Shown here in pieces: positions 55,707-64,000 of a stretch of 64,000 nucleotides of DNA (positions are counted from its first letter, which is position 1; each line of letters begins with the position of its first letter). The stretch spans positions 1 to 64,000 of the IMG/VR virus record IMGVR_UViG_3300045242_000006. One strand, given 5' to 3'. The DNA comes from a virus. A program made the position numbers and the translations under genes. The notes beneath the pieces are model-generated. The model ran no database searches. It had not been told where the DNA came from and saw only the letters and a list, made by a program, of their open reading frames with translations.

Positions 55707-56122
55707 TGAGCAATATGACCTTGAGACTCGACACGGCTGGACTGCGATCTTTGATTGCTGAGAACCCAGCTTTTTCTGTTGAAATCCAACAAGCTGTACT
55801 GAACAACATCCGAAACGACAATATTCAGCAAGCAGTGGTTGATCGTGTCAACGGTTGTCTGGATAAAATGGCTCCACGTGAGAGTTACTACGGCTCTGCA
55901 CGTATCATCAAGGATCAAAAGCTGTTGGAAGTGATTCATGCCACTGTTCGTGCAGAGGTGAGCGAGAGCCTAAAACAAGCCGTTGAAGATGCTGTGTCGT
56001 CCGCGACCAACTCCATTGACCTTCGTATTCGCCAAGAGGTGAAGAAGCTTGCCAAGGAAATCATTCTGGAGTCTTTGACCTCTGCTGATGCCAGAGCTAT
56101 TCTGCTGGAGAAGTTGGTATAG
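55706..56122 (+). CDS. hypothetical helical protein
   Basis: Operon ORF. Confidence 0.6.
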   Translation: MSNMTLRLDTAGLRSLIAENPAFSVEIQQAVLNNIRNDNIQQAVVDRVNGCLDKMAPRESYYGSARIIKDQKLLEVIHATVRAEVSESLKQAVEDAVSSATNSIDLRIRQEVKKLAKEIILESLTSADARAILLEKLV

Positions 56123-56514
56123 TGAATCTCTACTTAATTCGTGGCTTGCCGGGTTCCGGCAAGTCTACATTCGCCGCTACATTAGCTGAGTCTTTGGATT
56201 GTCCTCATTACGAGCATGACCAATATCTGTACACAGAAGAAGGTGAATACCTTTGGACGGAAGGGCGTATGGCTTTTGCTTATCGTCAATGTCTGTTGGA
56301 CACTGAATCTGTAATGTTACTTGGATCTGACGTTGTTGTATCGAACGTCTTCCCCAAAGGCAAGAGCATGCGTAGCTATCGTAAACTGGCTGAGCAGCAC
56401 GGCTATCGTATCACGTACATTGTTGTAGAGAACCGTCGTGGAGGTGTCAACATCCACGACGTTCCTGCTGATGTGTTGGATAGCATGCGTTCTGCATTTC
56501 AAATCGAATTATAA
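56122..56514 (+). CDS. P-loop kinase (AAA_33/polynucleotide kinase-like)
   Basis: LIRGLPGSGKST and HDVP. Confidence 0.8.
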   Translation: MNLYLIRGLPGSGKSTFAATLAESLDCPHYEHDQYLYTEEGEYLWTEGRMAFAYRQCLLDTESVMLLGSDVVVSNVFPKGKSMRSYRKLAEQHGYRITYIVVENRRGGVNIHDVPADVLDSMRSAFQIEL

Positions 56515-56523
56515 GGAGGGTCT

Positions 56524-56976
56524 ATGATCAAAGGTAATGAGCTGGCACAACGCGTTAAGGATGCTGTAGAGCAAATGCGGCAGACTGTGAAGGAAGTGAA
56601 ACACGACTTCGAAACGTTCATTGTTGATAAGTCGGTGCCGCTTGACGAGCGTTGGAGTGTATGGGAAGACGCCCCAAACGAGTTGAAAGATCACCAGAGC
56701 TGGATCGTCCGCTTCAAGAATCTGCACGATGATGCCATTGGGTATGATGCACTCATTCGCCATGCAGAACGTCATGAAACAGTGCACATCACTGACTTGT
56801 TCGAAAGCCTTGAAGAGTGTTTTGCAGAATACCAAGAAGGTGAGCCAGATGGCGCCAGTGAGTGGTCACTGCGTTGGTACAAAAACAAAGAGAAAGTTTT
56901 CGAAAACTTCGACATGGATGCCCTGAAGGAAGAGATTCTTGAGATGAATTTAGGGTCTTTTGAGTACGATTGGTAA
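56524..56976 (+). CDS. hypothetical protein
   Basis: AAGGAGG RBS. Confidence 0.6.
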   Translation: MIKGNELAQRVKDAVEQMRQTVKEVKHDFETFIVDKSVPLDERWSVWEDAPNELKDHQSWIVRFKNLHDDAIGYDALIRHAERHETVHITDLFESLEECFAEYQEGEPDGASEWSLRWYKNKEKVFENFDMDALKEEILEMNLGSFEYDW

Positions 56977-56985
56977 ACCTAAAGG

Positions 56986-57028
56986 TTGACAGCATGGGCC
57001 ACTCGTTATAGAATGGCCCCACACAAAC
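56986..57028 (+). promoter_or_regulatory. sigma70-like promoter with GGGCCA/TGGCCC inverted repeat around the -10
   Basis: TTGACA-17nt-TAGAAT; same motif at 58734. Confidence 0.7.
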
Positions 57029-57043
57029 AAAGGAGGGTCTACA

Positions 57044-57913
57044 ATGACCGAGTTTAACGAAAATCTGTTCTACGCTCTCAACCAGAAACACAGCCAGCGT
57101 GTGTCGATTTCCACCATGAAGTTTCCGGGTGGCGAGGTTGGCGTGAATGTCAATACTGGCTCAATCGATGCCTTCACCACACAAGCTCAGGGTATCATCA
57201 CTATCACTCTGACTGCAAAAATTCAGAACAGTGACCACCTGATGCAAATGTTCATGGCAACTGACGCCCTGAAGCGTGTCTACCCATTTGCAAACATCGA
57301 CCTTCTGATCCCATACTTCCCGTATGCCCGTCAGGACCGCGTGTGCAACGCTGGAGAGGCTTTGAGCGTGAAGGTGGTAGCTCAGCTCATCAATGCTATG
57401 AAGTACGCCACAGTGACGGTTGTAGACCCTCACAGCCCTGTTCTCGTAGCTGCTCTAGACAATTGTTACGTCATTGAACAATCTGATGCCTTTAAACGTA
57501 TCAAACAGGATTGGCACAACTGGACTATCGTTGCTCCTGACGCTGGTGCAGCCAAAAAGACTGAAGAGTTTGCCAAGCTGGTTGGAGCTAAGGATGTACT
57601 CTACTTCACAAAGAGTCGAGAGCTGTCCACTGGCCGTATTACTGGAATGAAGATGCTCAATCCAGAGATTCTAACTGGTGAGAACAAGCTTTTGGTGTTG
57701 GATGACATCTGTGATGGCGGTCGCACGTTCGTAGAGTTGTATCAGGCGTTTGACGTTCCTGTACACTTCAATTATGATCGTCTGGAGTTGGCCGTTACTC
57801 ACGGTATCTTCTCGAAAGGTGTTACGGTGTTGACAGCGGTATACGATCACGTATACACTACAGACACATTGCCACAAGGCGAAAACTCTAAACTCACTGT
57901 TATCAAACTGTAA
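57044..57913 (+). CDS. PRPP-synthetase-like protein (probable Adps of NARP1)
   Basis: FPGGE, PYFPYARQDR, DPHS, APDAGA and DDICDGGRT. Confidence 0.88.
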   Translation: MTEFNENLFYALNQKHSQRVSISTMKFPGGEVGVNVNTGSIDAFTTQAQGIITITLTAKIQNSDHLMQMFMATDALKRVYPFANIDLLIPYFPYARQDRVCNAGEALSVKVVAQLINAMKYATVTVVDPHSPVLVAALDNCYVIEQSDAFKRIKQDWHNWTIVAPDAGAAKKTEEFAKLVGAKDVLYFTKSRELSTGRITGMKMLNPEILTGENKLLVLDDICDGGRTFVELYQAFDVPVHFNYDRLELAVTHGIFSKGVTVLTAVYDHVYTTDTLPQGENSKLTVIKL

Positions 57914-57917
57914 GGAG

Positions 57918-58730
57918 ATGTACATGAAAAAGATTATGGCTGGTTTGTTTGGCTTCTTGATGATCGGCGTAATGGCTGTTGATGCAGGTGCGGCCAGCCG
58001 TGTCTCTTCATCTTCATCCCGTTCAAGCTCAAGCTTTTCACGTCCGAGTGTGTCTGCCCCAAAGTCGTATTCGGCTCCGAGTTCTTCGGGGTCGGGATCG
58101 AGCAACGCTGGTCTGAAAGCTTTGGGCTTCAGTCGTCCTGCTTCAAGTCAAACGGTAAAGACACCAAGCGTGAGTGCGAGCCAATCGCCTAGTCGTGTTA
58201 CGTCTGCCCCACAGAAGACCACTTCCACCTCTGGTGGTTGGTTCTCTCGCAAGACTGTAAGCTCTACACCAGCAACCACTTATCGTGCTCCTGTACGTCA
58301 AGTGAACAGCCCCGTGGCTTACCGTTCCACTACACGTAATGTTACAGTAGTGCACAACAACTATAGCAGCTACGGTGGAGGATATGGTGGTCATTATTAT
58401 GGCGGGTACGGCTACGGTTATCACCCAATGGATGATATGCTCACTGGTATGATGATTGGTTCTATGATGTCTTCCCACCACAACTATGGTGGAGGATATA
58501 ATTCTGGGGCAACTGCTGTACAGATTGAACAGGCAAAGCAAGACCAGCGTATCGAGGATAAGCTGGACGCACTGAAAGAGGACCAGAATCGGCTGGCGTA
58601 TAACAACTCCCCAATGGTGCAAACTGGGCAAACAGTTGCTGCACTGCCTGTAGCCCAGCCTCAATGTTTCTTGCCTCAAGATGCACCACTGATGATGAAC
58701 ACAAGTTTTTATTGCCAACCGCAAAAATAA
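57918..58730 (+). CDS. secreted/membrane low-complexity protein
   Basis: Signal-peptide-like N-terminus, Ser-rich then Gly/Tyr-rich segments. Confidence 0.6.
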   Translation: MYMKKIMAGLFGFLMIGVMAVDAGAASRVSSSSSRSSSSFSRPSVSAPKSYSAPSSSGSGSSNAGLKALGFSRPASSQTVKTPSVSASQSPSRVTSAPQKTTSTSGGWFSRKTVSSTPATTYRAPVRQVNSPVAYRSTTRNVTVVHNNYSSYGGGYGGHYYGGYGYGYHPMDDMLTGMMIGSMMSSHHNYGGGYNSGATAVQIEQAKQDQRIEDKLDALKEDQNRLAYNNSPMVQTGQTVAALPVAQPQCFLPQDAPLMMNTSFYCQPQK

Positions 58731-58733
58731 AGC

Positions 58734-58775
58734 TTGACTGAAAGGGCCACTCTGCTAAGATGGCCCCACACAAAC
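58734..58775 (+). promoter_or_regulatory. sigma70-like promoter with GGGCCA/TGGCCC inverted repeat
   Basis: TTGACT-16nt-TAAGAT. Confidence 0.65.
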
Positions 58776-58794
58776 GAACAAGAGGACGGTAATA

Positions 58795-58995
58795 ATGCAC
58801 ACAGTAATCAAGACTTCTGAAGGGCTGCAATCAACTTTGAGTATTGAAGTTCTTCCAGTGATGGAAGAAACTCCGCAGTGGAAGAAGGTAGTTATTGCCT
58901 GTGAAGATAAAGGTGTCGCTATCCACGTCTTCGACGATGAGATTAGTGAGCTGATTACCGCACTACAACAAGCACAAAAGGAGATGAATGTATGA
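58795..58995 (+). CDS. hypothetical protein
   Basis: GAGG RBS; ATGA overlap with the next gene. Confidence 0.55.
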   Translation: MHTVIKTSEGLQSTLSIEVLPVMEETPQWKKVVIACEDKGVAIHVFDDEISELITALQQAQKEMNV

Positions 58996-60815
58996 GCAAC
59001 TTTCTGATGCAACTGGCTACCGATGGCTACAAACTGGGCCATGGTCCAATGTACCGTAAAGGCACCACTCAAGTTGGTAGCAACCTGACACCACGTTCTG
59101 AAAAGATTCACCGCCGTAACTGCACTGCATTCTACGATGGCAAACTGGTTTGGGTTGGTGGTCAAGCAGCAGTACAAGAGCTGCACGAAAACTGGGAACG
59201 CACTTTCTTCTCTCAACCTAAATCGAAAGTGATGCCTGAGTACGAAGAATTCCTGATGGGCTATTTGGGTCGTGAACTTCCAACTGTTGCCCAAATGGAT
59301 ACTCTGCACGATCTGGGTTATCTGCCTCTGGAGTTCCGTTCTCTGCCTGAAGGCTCGCTGGTTCCGATGGGTATTCCTGTCCTGACCATCACCAACACTC
59401 TGGATGATTTCTTCTGGCTGGTGAACTACCACGAAACTCCGCTGTCCACTTCCACTTGGAAGACAGCAACTAACGCAACTATTGCACGTGAGTATCGTAA
59501 GATTTGTGAACACTACACCAAGCTGACTGGCTGCTACGATGCCTTCACTGTTTCGGTAATGTGTCACGACTTCTCGATGCGTGGCATGAGCGGTATTGAA
59601 GACGCTGCACGTAGCGGTATTGGCCACTTGACTCAGTTCATCGGTACTGACACCCTGCCAGCAATCACCTACGCGAAGGGTTACTACGATGCAACTGGTT
59701 TGATTGGTGTCAGTGTTCCAGCAACTGAACACGCTGTAACTTCGAACAACATTCTGTCGATCTTGGCAGAGTTGCAAAATGGTACTTACGAATTCTTGTC
59801 CCGAGAGCAGGCAGCGATTGCATCTCAAATGAGTTACGACGGACAAGAAGAGCGTTTGATCGCTGAAGTGATGTTCGTGTATGACCTGATTACCCGCATT
59901 GTACCTAACGGTATCGTGTCTAACGTGTCGGACACCTACGACTTCTGGGGTATGCTGAGCCGTGGTTATCCGTACCTGAAAGATGTAATCATGCGTCGTG
60001 AGGGAATGGGTCCACAACCGGGTAAACTGGTGGTGCGTCCAGACTCTGGTGATCCTGTTGAAGTGATCTGCGGTGCTATCGCTCTGAATGTTGACGACTC
60101 TGAAGACTTCGGTGAGATTGAGTTCCAAGCTGTTCGCTGGATGGAGAAACACCAAGACCGCTTCAAGGTTAATGAAGGCTACGAATTCACCTTCGTGTGT
60201 AACGATGGCGTGTACGCAACTCTGCAAATCTCTTCGTATCCGGGTGAAGAACACGGCAACGGTGATGATCTGTACTTTGAAGTGCACTGCGGTTGGTACG
60301 AGACTGACGTGACCCCAGAAATGAAGGGTGCGATTCGTGTCCTGTTCGAAACCTTCAGTGGTACTATCACTGAGACTGGCCACAAAATACTTGACTCGCA
60401 CATGGGCTTGATTTATGGTGACTCGATCACTGCCAAGCGTGCTCTGGAGATTCTGGATCGTTTGATGGAGAACGGCTACGCTGCTGCAAACGTTGTGTTT
60501 GGTGTTGGTAGTTTTACATACCAGTGCAACACACGTGATACCTTTGGCTTTGCGGTTAAGGCTACTAACTCTGTCATCAATGGTGATGAGGTGGCAATCT
60601 ACAAAGATCCGAAGACTGACAGCAAGAAGAAAAGTGCCAAAGGTCGTCTGTTTGTCGATCTGGACCACGAACTGGATGGCTACCCATTCTCGCTGCAAGA
60701 TAACGTGTCTGCTGAGAAGGAAGCAAGCCCAGAGAACATGCTGAAAGTGTTCTACCGTGATGGCGTTTTCCTGAGCCGTGTAACGCTTGATGAGATTCGT
60801 CAACGTTCAATCTGA
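58992..60815 (+). CDS. nicotinamide phosphoribosyltransferase-like protein (probable Namat of NARP1)
   Basis: TDGYKLGH, HDFSMRG, VPATEH, SDTYD, VRPDSG, IYGDSI and KKSAKG. Confidence 0.92.
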   Translation: MSNFLMQLATDGYKLGHGPMYRKGTTQVGSNLTPRSEKIHRRNCTAFYDGKLVWVGGQAAVQELHENWERTFFSQPKSKVMPEYEEFLMGYLGRELPTVAQMDTLHDLGYLPLEFRSLPEGSLVPMGIPVLTITNTLDDFFWLVNYHETPLSTSTWKTATNATIAREYRKICEHYTKLTGCYDAFTVSVMCHDFSMRGMSGIEDAARSGIGHLTQFIGTDTLPAITYAKGYYDATGLIGVSVPATEHAVTSNNILSILAELQNGTYEFLSREQAAIASQMSYDGQEERLIAEVMFVYDLITRIVPNGIVSNVSDTYDFWGMLSRGYPYLKDVIMRREGMGPQPGKLVVRPDSGDPVEVICGAIALNVDDSEDFGEIEFQAVRWMEKHQDRFKVNEGYEFTFVCNDGVYATLQISSYPGEEHGNGDDLYFEVHCGWYETDVTPEMKGAIRVLFETFSGTITETGHKILDSHMGLIYGDSITAKRALEILDRLMENGYAAANVVFGVGSFTYQCNTRDTFGFAVKATNSVINGDEVAIYKDPKTDSKKKSAKGRLFVDLDHELDGYPFSLQDNVSAEKEASPENMLKVFYRDGVFLSRVTLDEIRQRSI

Positions 60816-60821
60816 TCTATC

Positions 60822-60846
60822 GCCCCTCTTCGGAGGGGCTTCTTTT
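60822..60846 (+). terminator. intrinsic terminator
   Basis: GCCCCTC-TTCG-GAGGGGC-TTCTTTT. Confidence 0.8.
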
Positions 60847-60978
60847 CAAAGGAGGATTTATGGAATTTGTGATATTTGTTCTTGGTATTCTGGCTATTGC
60901 TGCCCTCTCTGATGCACATGATAAATGGCACGAACGTCAGATGACACAACCAAAGCACTTCAAGGAGACGATTTACGT

Positions 60979-61203
60979 ATGAAGCTACTCTGCACTTACT
61001 TTGCAGCTGGAATTCGATACAACTGGGGCCAAGAGAGTTCATTCCACAGAGTCTTTAAAGTTACTTGTGGAGCACCCTATGATGCTGTATGGGCTGCTGA
61101 CTGGATTCAAAAACAGATTGAAAGCAAAGGTGGTAATGTGGTGTTTACGCAATTCAATATGGTGGGTGCTCCACAGGAGGTGAGTGATGACTTTGAAGTA
61201 TAA
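60979..61203 (+). CDS. hypothetical protein
   Basis: AAGGAG RBS before ATG at 60979. Confidence 0.5.
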   Translation: MKLLCTYFAAGIRYNWGQESSFHRVFKVTCGAPYDAVWAADWIQKQIESKGGNVVFTQFNMVGAPQEVSDDFEV

Positions 61204-61702
61204 GGTTGGTGATATTTGCGATGCTCTGCAATCTGGTGAAGTGAGTGCAATTGGGCACCAAGCAAACTGCTTCAACACTATGAACTCTGGGGTTGCCAAG
61301 GCTATCCGTGCACGCTTCCCAGATGCTTACGATGCTGACTGTGAAACAGTTAAAGGTGACATCACAAAGTTTGGTGATAGCTCTATAGGGACTATGTACA
61401 ATGATACGCACAATATGGGTTTGATCTACAACTTGTATGGCCAGTACAATTATGGTTATGACGCAAAAGGTTATACCAGTTATCCTAAGTTGAAACAGGC
61501 TCTTGAGAGTATGCGTGACGACCTGCTGAGTGCAACCGATTACCACCCACATTACTTCAAAGTAGGTTTCCCTAAAATTGGTGCTGGACTTGGAGGTGGG
61601 GATTGGGATACAATCGCTGAAATCATCGACCAAGTGTTCGACGAACGTTTCAGTGTCACAATCTACGTACTAAGGGAAGACGATGTACCGGGACGCGGTT
61701 GA
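61187..61702 (+). CDS. macrodomain (ADP-ribose processing) protein
   Basis: GDI, HQANC...MNSGVAKAI, NLYGQ and PKIGAGLGGGDW. Confidence 0.88.
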   Translation: MTLKYKVGDICDALQSGEVSAIGHQANCFNTMNSGVAKAIRARFPDAYDADCETVKGDITKFGDSSIGTMYNDTHNMGLIYNLYGQYNYGYDAKGYTSYPKLKQALESMRDDLLSATDYHPHYFKVGFPKIGAGLGGGDWDTIAEIIDQVFDERFSVTIYVLREDDVPGRG

Positions 61703-61832
61703 GTACAAACCGGGGCATTGGCTTGCTCCGGGTAGTGAAACCTTAGAGCTTTACAAAGCTAAAAAATTCAAGGAGCTTGAAGCTCTACTTAAACAAACTG
61801 ACGCCGCTTGGCGTAAACTGGAGGGACGATAA

Positions 61833-62135
61833 ATGATTGCTTCTGCACTGGAATTCTTGTTAAACAACTGGTTGATCATCGCTACTGCATACGGTATCGT
61901 GTATGCCACCTACGTGTTCTACTACCTGTACAGTATCCGTTTCAAAGAGGTGCGTCGTGTCACCACACGTGACTTCAGTGAAGCCTGTGGTGAAGCTGTG
62001 TTCGGTCCATTCATCCTGCCATGCTGTGTCATCGGTGACGCACTGTCCACTGTCAAAGTGAGTATTCTGGCAATGGTGAACATCGGTTTGCCGAAGGAAG
62101 AGCCTAAGAAAGGTTCTGATCGTTCGGTAGTCTGA
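61833..62135 (+). CDS. membrane protein
   Basis: Hydrophobic N-terminus; GGAGG RBS. Confidence 0.55.
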   Translation: MIASALEFLLNNWLIIATAYGIVYATYVFYYLYSIRFKEVRRVTTRDFSEACGEAVFGPFILPCCVIGDALSTVKVSILAMVNIGLPKEEPKKGSDRSVV

Positions 62136-62707
62136 TGAAATTCTACACTGGCGTTGGAAGTCGCGAATCACCAAGTGAAATCCTGAAGTTGATGGAAAAC
62201 ATTGGTGAAAAGCTTGCCAGTCAGGGTTGGACTCTACGCTCGGGCGGTGCCGTTGGTGCCGACCAAGCTTTTGAGAAAGGGATGTTCAAGTTTGCAGGAT
62301 ATGACCAACCCTACAGTTGGTTGCCTGCTGAAATCTACCTTCCTTGGAGCGGTTATGAAGACCATTATAAGGATACCCACGGTGGATTGAACATCCTTCC
62401 CAGCCAAATCAAGCTTGACGACGAACGTATTGCTGAGGGTATGGCAATGGCGATTCACCCAGCTTGGGAAGCATGCAAACAAGGTGCAAAGAAGATGCAC
62501 ACTCGTAATGTGTTCCAAGTGCTGGGAAGAACGCTTGACGCACCATCCAAAATGCTGATAGCATGGACTCGTCTTGATAATCGCGGCAACCCTAAAGGTG
62601 GGACAGCCACAGCGATCAATCTGGCAAATGAAAATGGTGTCTCAACCTTCAACTTGAACAAGCCTGAAGATTTTGAACGCGTTAATAAGTGGATTGGAGG
62701 CTTGTGA
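62135..62707 (+). CDS. SLOG/DprA-like protein
   Basis: YTGVGSR, LRSGGAVGAD, RN..QVLG and GGT. Confidence 0.75.
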   Translation: MKFYTGVGSRESPSEILKLMENIGEKLASQGWTLRSGGAVGADQAFEKGMFKFAGYDQPYSWLPAEIYLPWSGYEDHYKDTHGGLNILPSQIKLDDERIAEGMAMAIHPAWEACKQGAKKMHTRNVFQVLGRTLDAPSKMLIAWTRLDNRGNPKGGTATAINLANENGVSTFNLNKPEDFERVNKWIGGL

Positions 62708-62713
62708 TTGCTA

Positions 62714-62890
62714 ATGAAAGATATCTCTAAGTGCGTTGGCACTGATTGCAAGAAACGTGAAACGTGTGTAAGATTCACACACCCAGCACGTGAAAAGTAT
62801 CAGTCATACATTAACATGTGCGTCTCTGTTAAAGATGTTGACAACTGTAGATTTTATGCGGAGGATTTAGTATGTCTCACGGCGGTATGA
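62714..62890 (+). CDS. small Cys-rich protein
   Basis: DISKC.G.DC..RETC.RF. Confidence 0.55.
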   Translation: MKDISKCVGTDCKKRETCVRFTHPAREKYQSYINMCVSVKDVDNCRFYAEDLVCLTAV

Positions 62891-63114
62891 CCAGAGAACA
62901 GGGCGAGGAATACAAAGCTTACCTTGCACGCCTAAAAGAGCAAATCGTTCAAGGTGTTCATCTACTTGATGACAATGATAAACTCTACCTGCTTGATAAG
63001 GTGGAAGAGTCTCGCTGGGAAACGGGTGCAACCTACAATCGTGGTGTACATATCCTGATGGACGTGATACAATATATTGTGGAAGCGAGCTACGCTTCTC
63101 CTAATAAGAGGTGA
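62872..63114 (+). CDS. hypothetical protein
   Basis: GGAGG RBS. Confidence 0.55.
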   Translation: MSHGGMTREQGEEYKAYLARLKEQIVQGVHLLDDNDKLYLLDKVEESRWETGATYNRGVHILMDVIQYIVEASYASPNKR

Positions 63115-63117
63115 CAA

Positions 63118-63438
63118 ATGACACAAAGAGTTATGGTTTACATTATCTGCCGTTTGATCGAGGTTAGTAACCAAGGGGCTGGATCAATCGTTGACGACTG
63201 GTGGGTTGATTGCACAACCAATGGAAGCAGCGACATCACTGCAATCAAGGCAGCCAGAAACGCAGCGGGCAACAACACTAAAACATCTGTAGTGCAGTAT
63301 CACGTTTACTACGCTGATGGTGGGCACGCTCGCTTCAAAGAGAGCTACTACCTTGCGGAAGAGAAGGCTCTGTGGCCTTCTGACGCGTCTCTGCGTCCAG
63401 ATCCACTGGTTCCTACACCGGAACTACTACCTGCGTAA
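63118..63438 (+). CDS. hypothetical protein
   Basis: GAGGT RBS; hairpin terminator at ~63443-63472. Confidence 0.55.
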   Translation: MTQRVMVYIICRLIEVSNQGAGSIVDDWWVDCTTNGSSDITAIKAARNAAGNNTKTSVVQYHVYYADGGHARFKESYYLAEEKALWPSDASLRPDPLVPTPELLPA

Positions 63439-63494
63439 CCTTATGGGCGTCCAGCGATGGGCGCCTATTTTATTGTCCGAAAAAGGAGAGAAAT

Positions 63495-63884
63495 ATGGAA
63501 TTGTCTAACAAAATTGAAGGTGCACTGTGGTACGAGTTTGATCAGAACAACTCTGGTGGCTACTTCGAACGTGATGATTTTGTGGCTGACGTCGTGTTCA
63601 TTCAAGCGATGAATTATGATCAAGCTGAAGATATCATGCGTGATATGATTGACGAGGCTGATGCTTGGAGTTACTGCGATTGCTGCGGGGAGCGTTGGAG
63701 TCTTTGGGGAGATGTCAAGGGTTTTGAAATGCCAACTCGTTATAGTAAGGACGTGACCAAAGAAGGTCTTGAGTTGTACAGTAGTGATGGTTATGCACTA
63801 TTCCACGGTTTAAATGGTCGCACCTTGAAGTGGAATGGCAAAGATACTCCTACTGAACTGGGGAAACTGAGTCATGGCCTGTGA
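63495..63884 (+). CDS. conserved phage hypothetical protein
   Basis: FDQNNSGG...CDCCGERW motif. Confidence 0.65.
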   Translation: MELSNKIEGALWYEFDQNNSGGYFERDDFVADVVFIQAMNYDQAEDIMRDMIDEADAWSYCDCCGERWSLWGDVKGFEMPTRYSKDVTKEGLELYSSDGYALFHGLNGRTLKWNGKDTPTELGKLSHGL

Positions 63885-64000
63885 ATGTCAACTCTGCAAA
63901 GACCTACGACACCTTAAAGATTGTGGTGTCTCAGAGGAATTTATGGATCACTATCTCGATGAAGGTCTTGATGCAGAATACCGAAAAGCAGTCCTTGACG

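Noticed and set aside
58755-60803. Long antisense ORFs (682 aa here; also 3128-4225, 8563-9531, 32578-33450)
   Set aside because: Shadow frames opposite well-supported genes, with no motifs or RBS
1-64000. CRISPR array, reverse transcriptase/retron/DGR, integrase, introns or inteins, stop-codon recoding
   Set aside because: No regularly spaced repeat array or RT/integrase motifs seen; polymerase, helicase and terminase ORFs are uninterrupted; no suppressor anticodon among the tRNAs

Overview
This is 64 kb of a lytic myovirus genome with PAK_P1/Felix O1-like gene order. A Pseudomonas host is inferred from that architecture and is not proven. From left to right it holds a minus-strand replication module (nuclease, exonuclease, SSB-like protein, family A DNA polymerase, primase-helicase) and a short plus-strand block (HNH endonuclease, RNA ligase). 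Next is a minus-strand lysis and virion module (spanins, holin, SAR endolysin, two tail fibres, baseplate, tape measure, sheath, capsid, portal, terminase). A 4-kb cluster of 21 recognisable tRNAs follows, interleaved with several tRNA-like or structured RNAs. The window ends in a plus-strand accessory block (PhoH, ClpP-like, dCMP deaminase, DNA ligase, HD hydrolase, RNA-repair enzymes, NARP1-type NAD reconstitution pair, macrodomain). Three signals are not explained by these features. (1) Two diverged copies of a ~300-nt structured element (~13775-14070 and ~47700-48012) sit at the heads of the two long leftward operons, each with a conserved scaffold and its own copy-specific twin repeat. 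(2) A self-contained transcription unit pairs a 205-aa helical protein with a ~315-nt RNA closed by long-range helices and carrying AAAG-type ~7-nt repeats (10962-11914). (3) Two ~127-nt tRNA-like RNAs and other non-canonical RNAs lie within the tRNA cluster. All structures were inferred by eye; no folding or database search was run.
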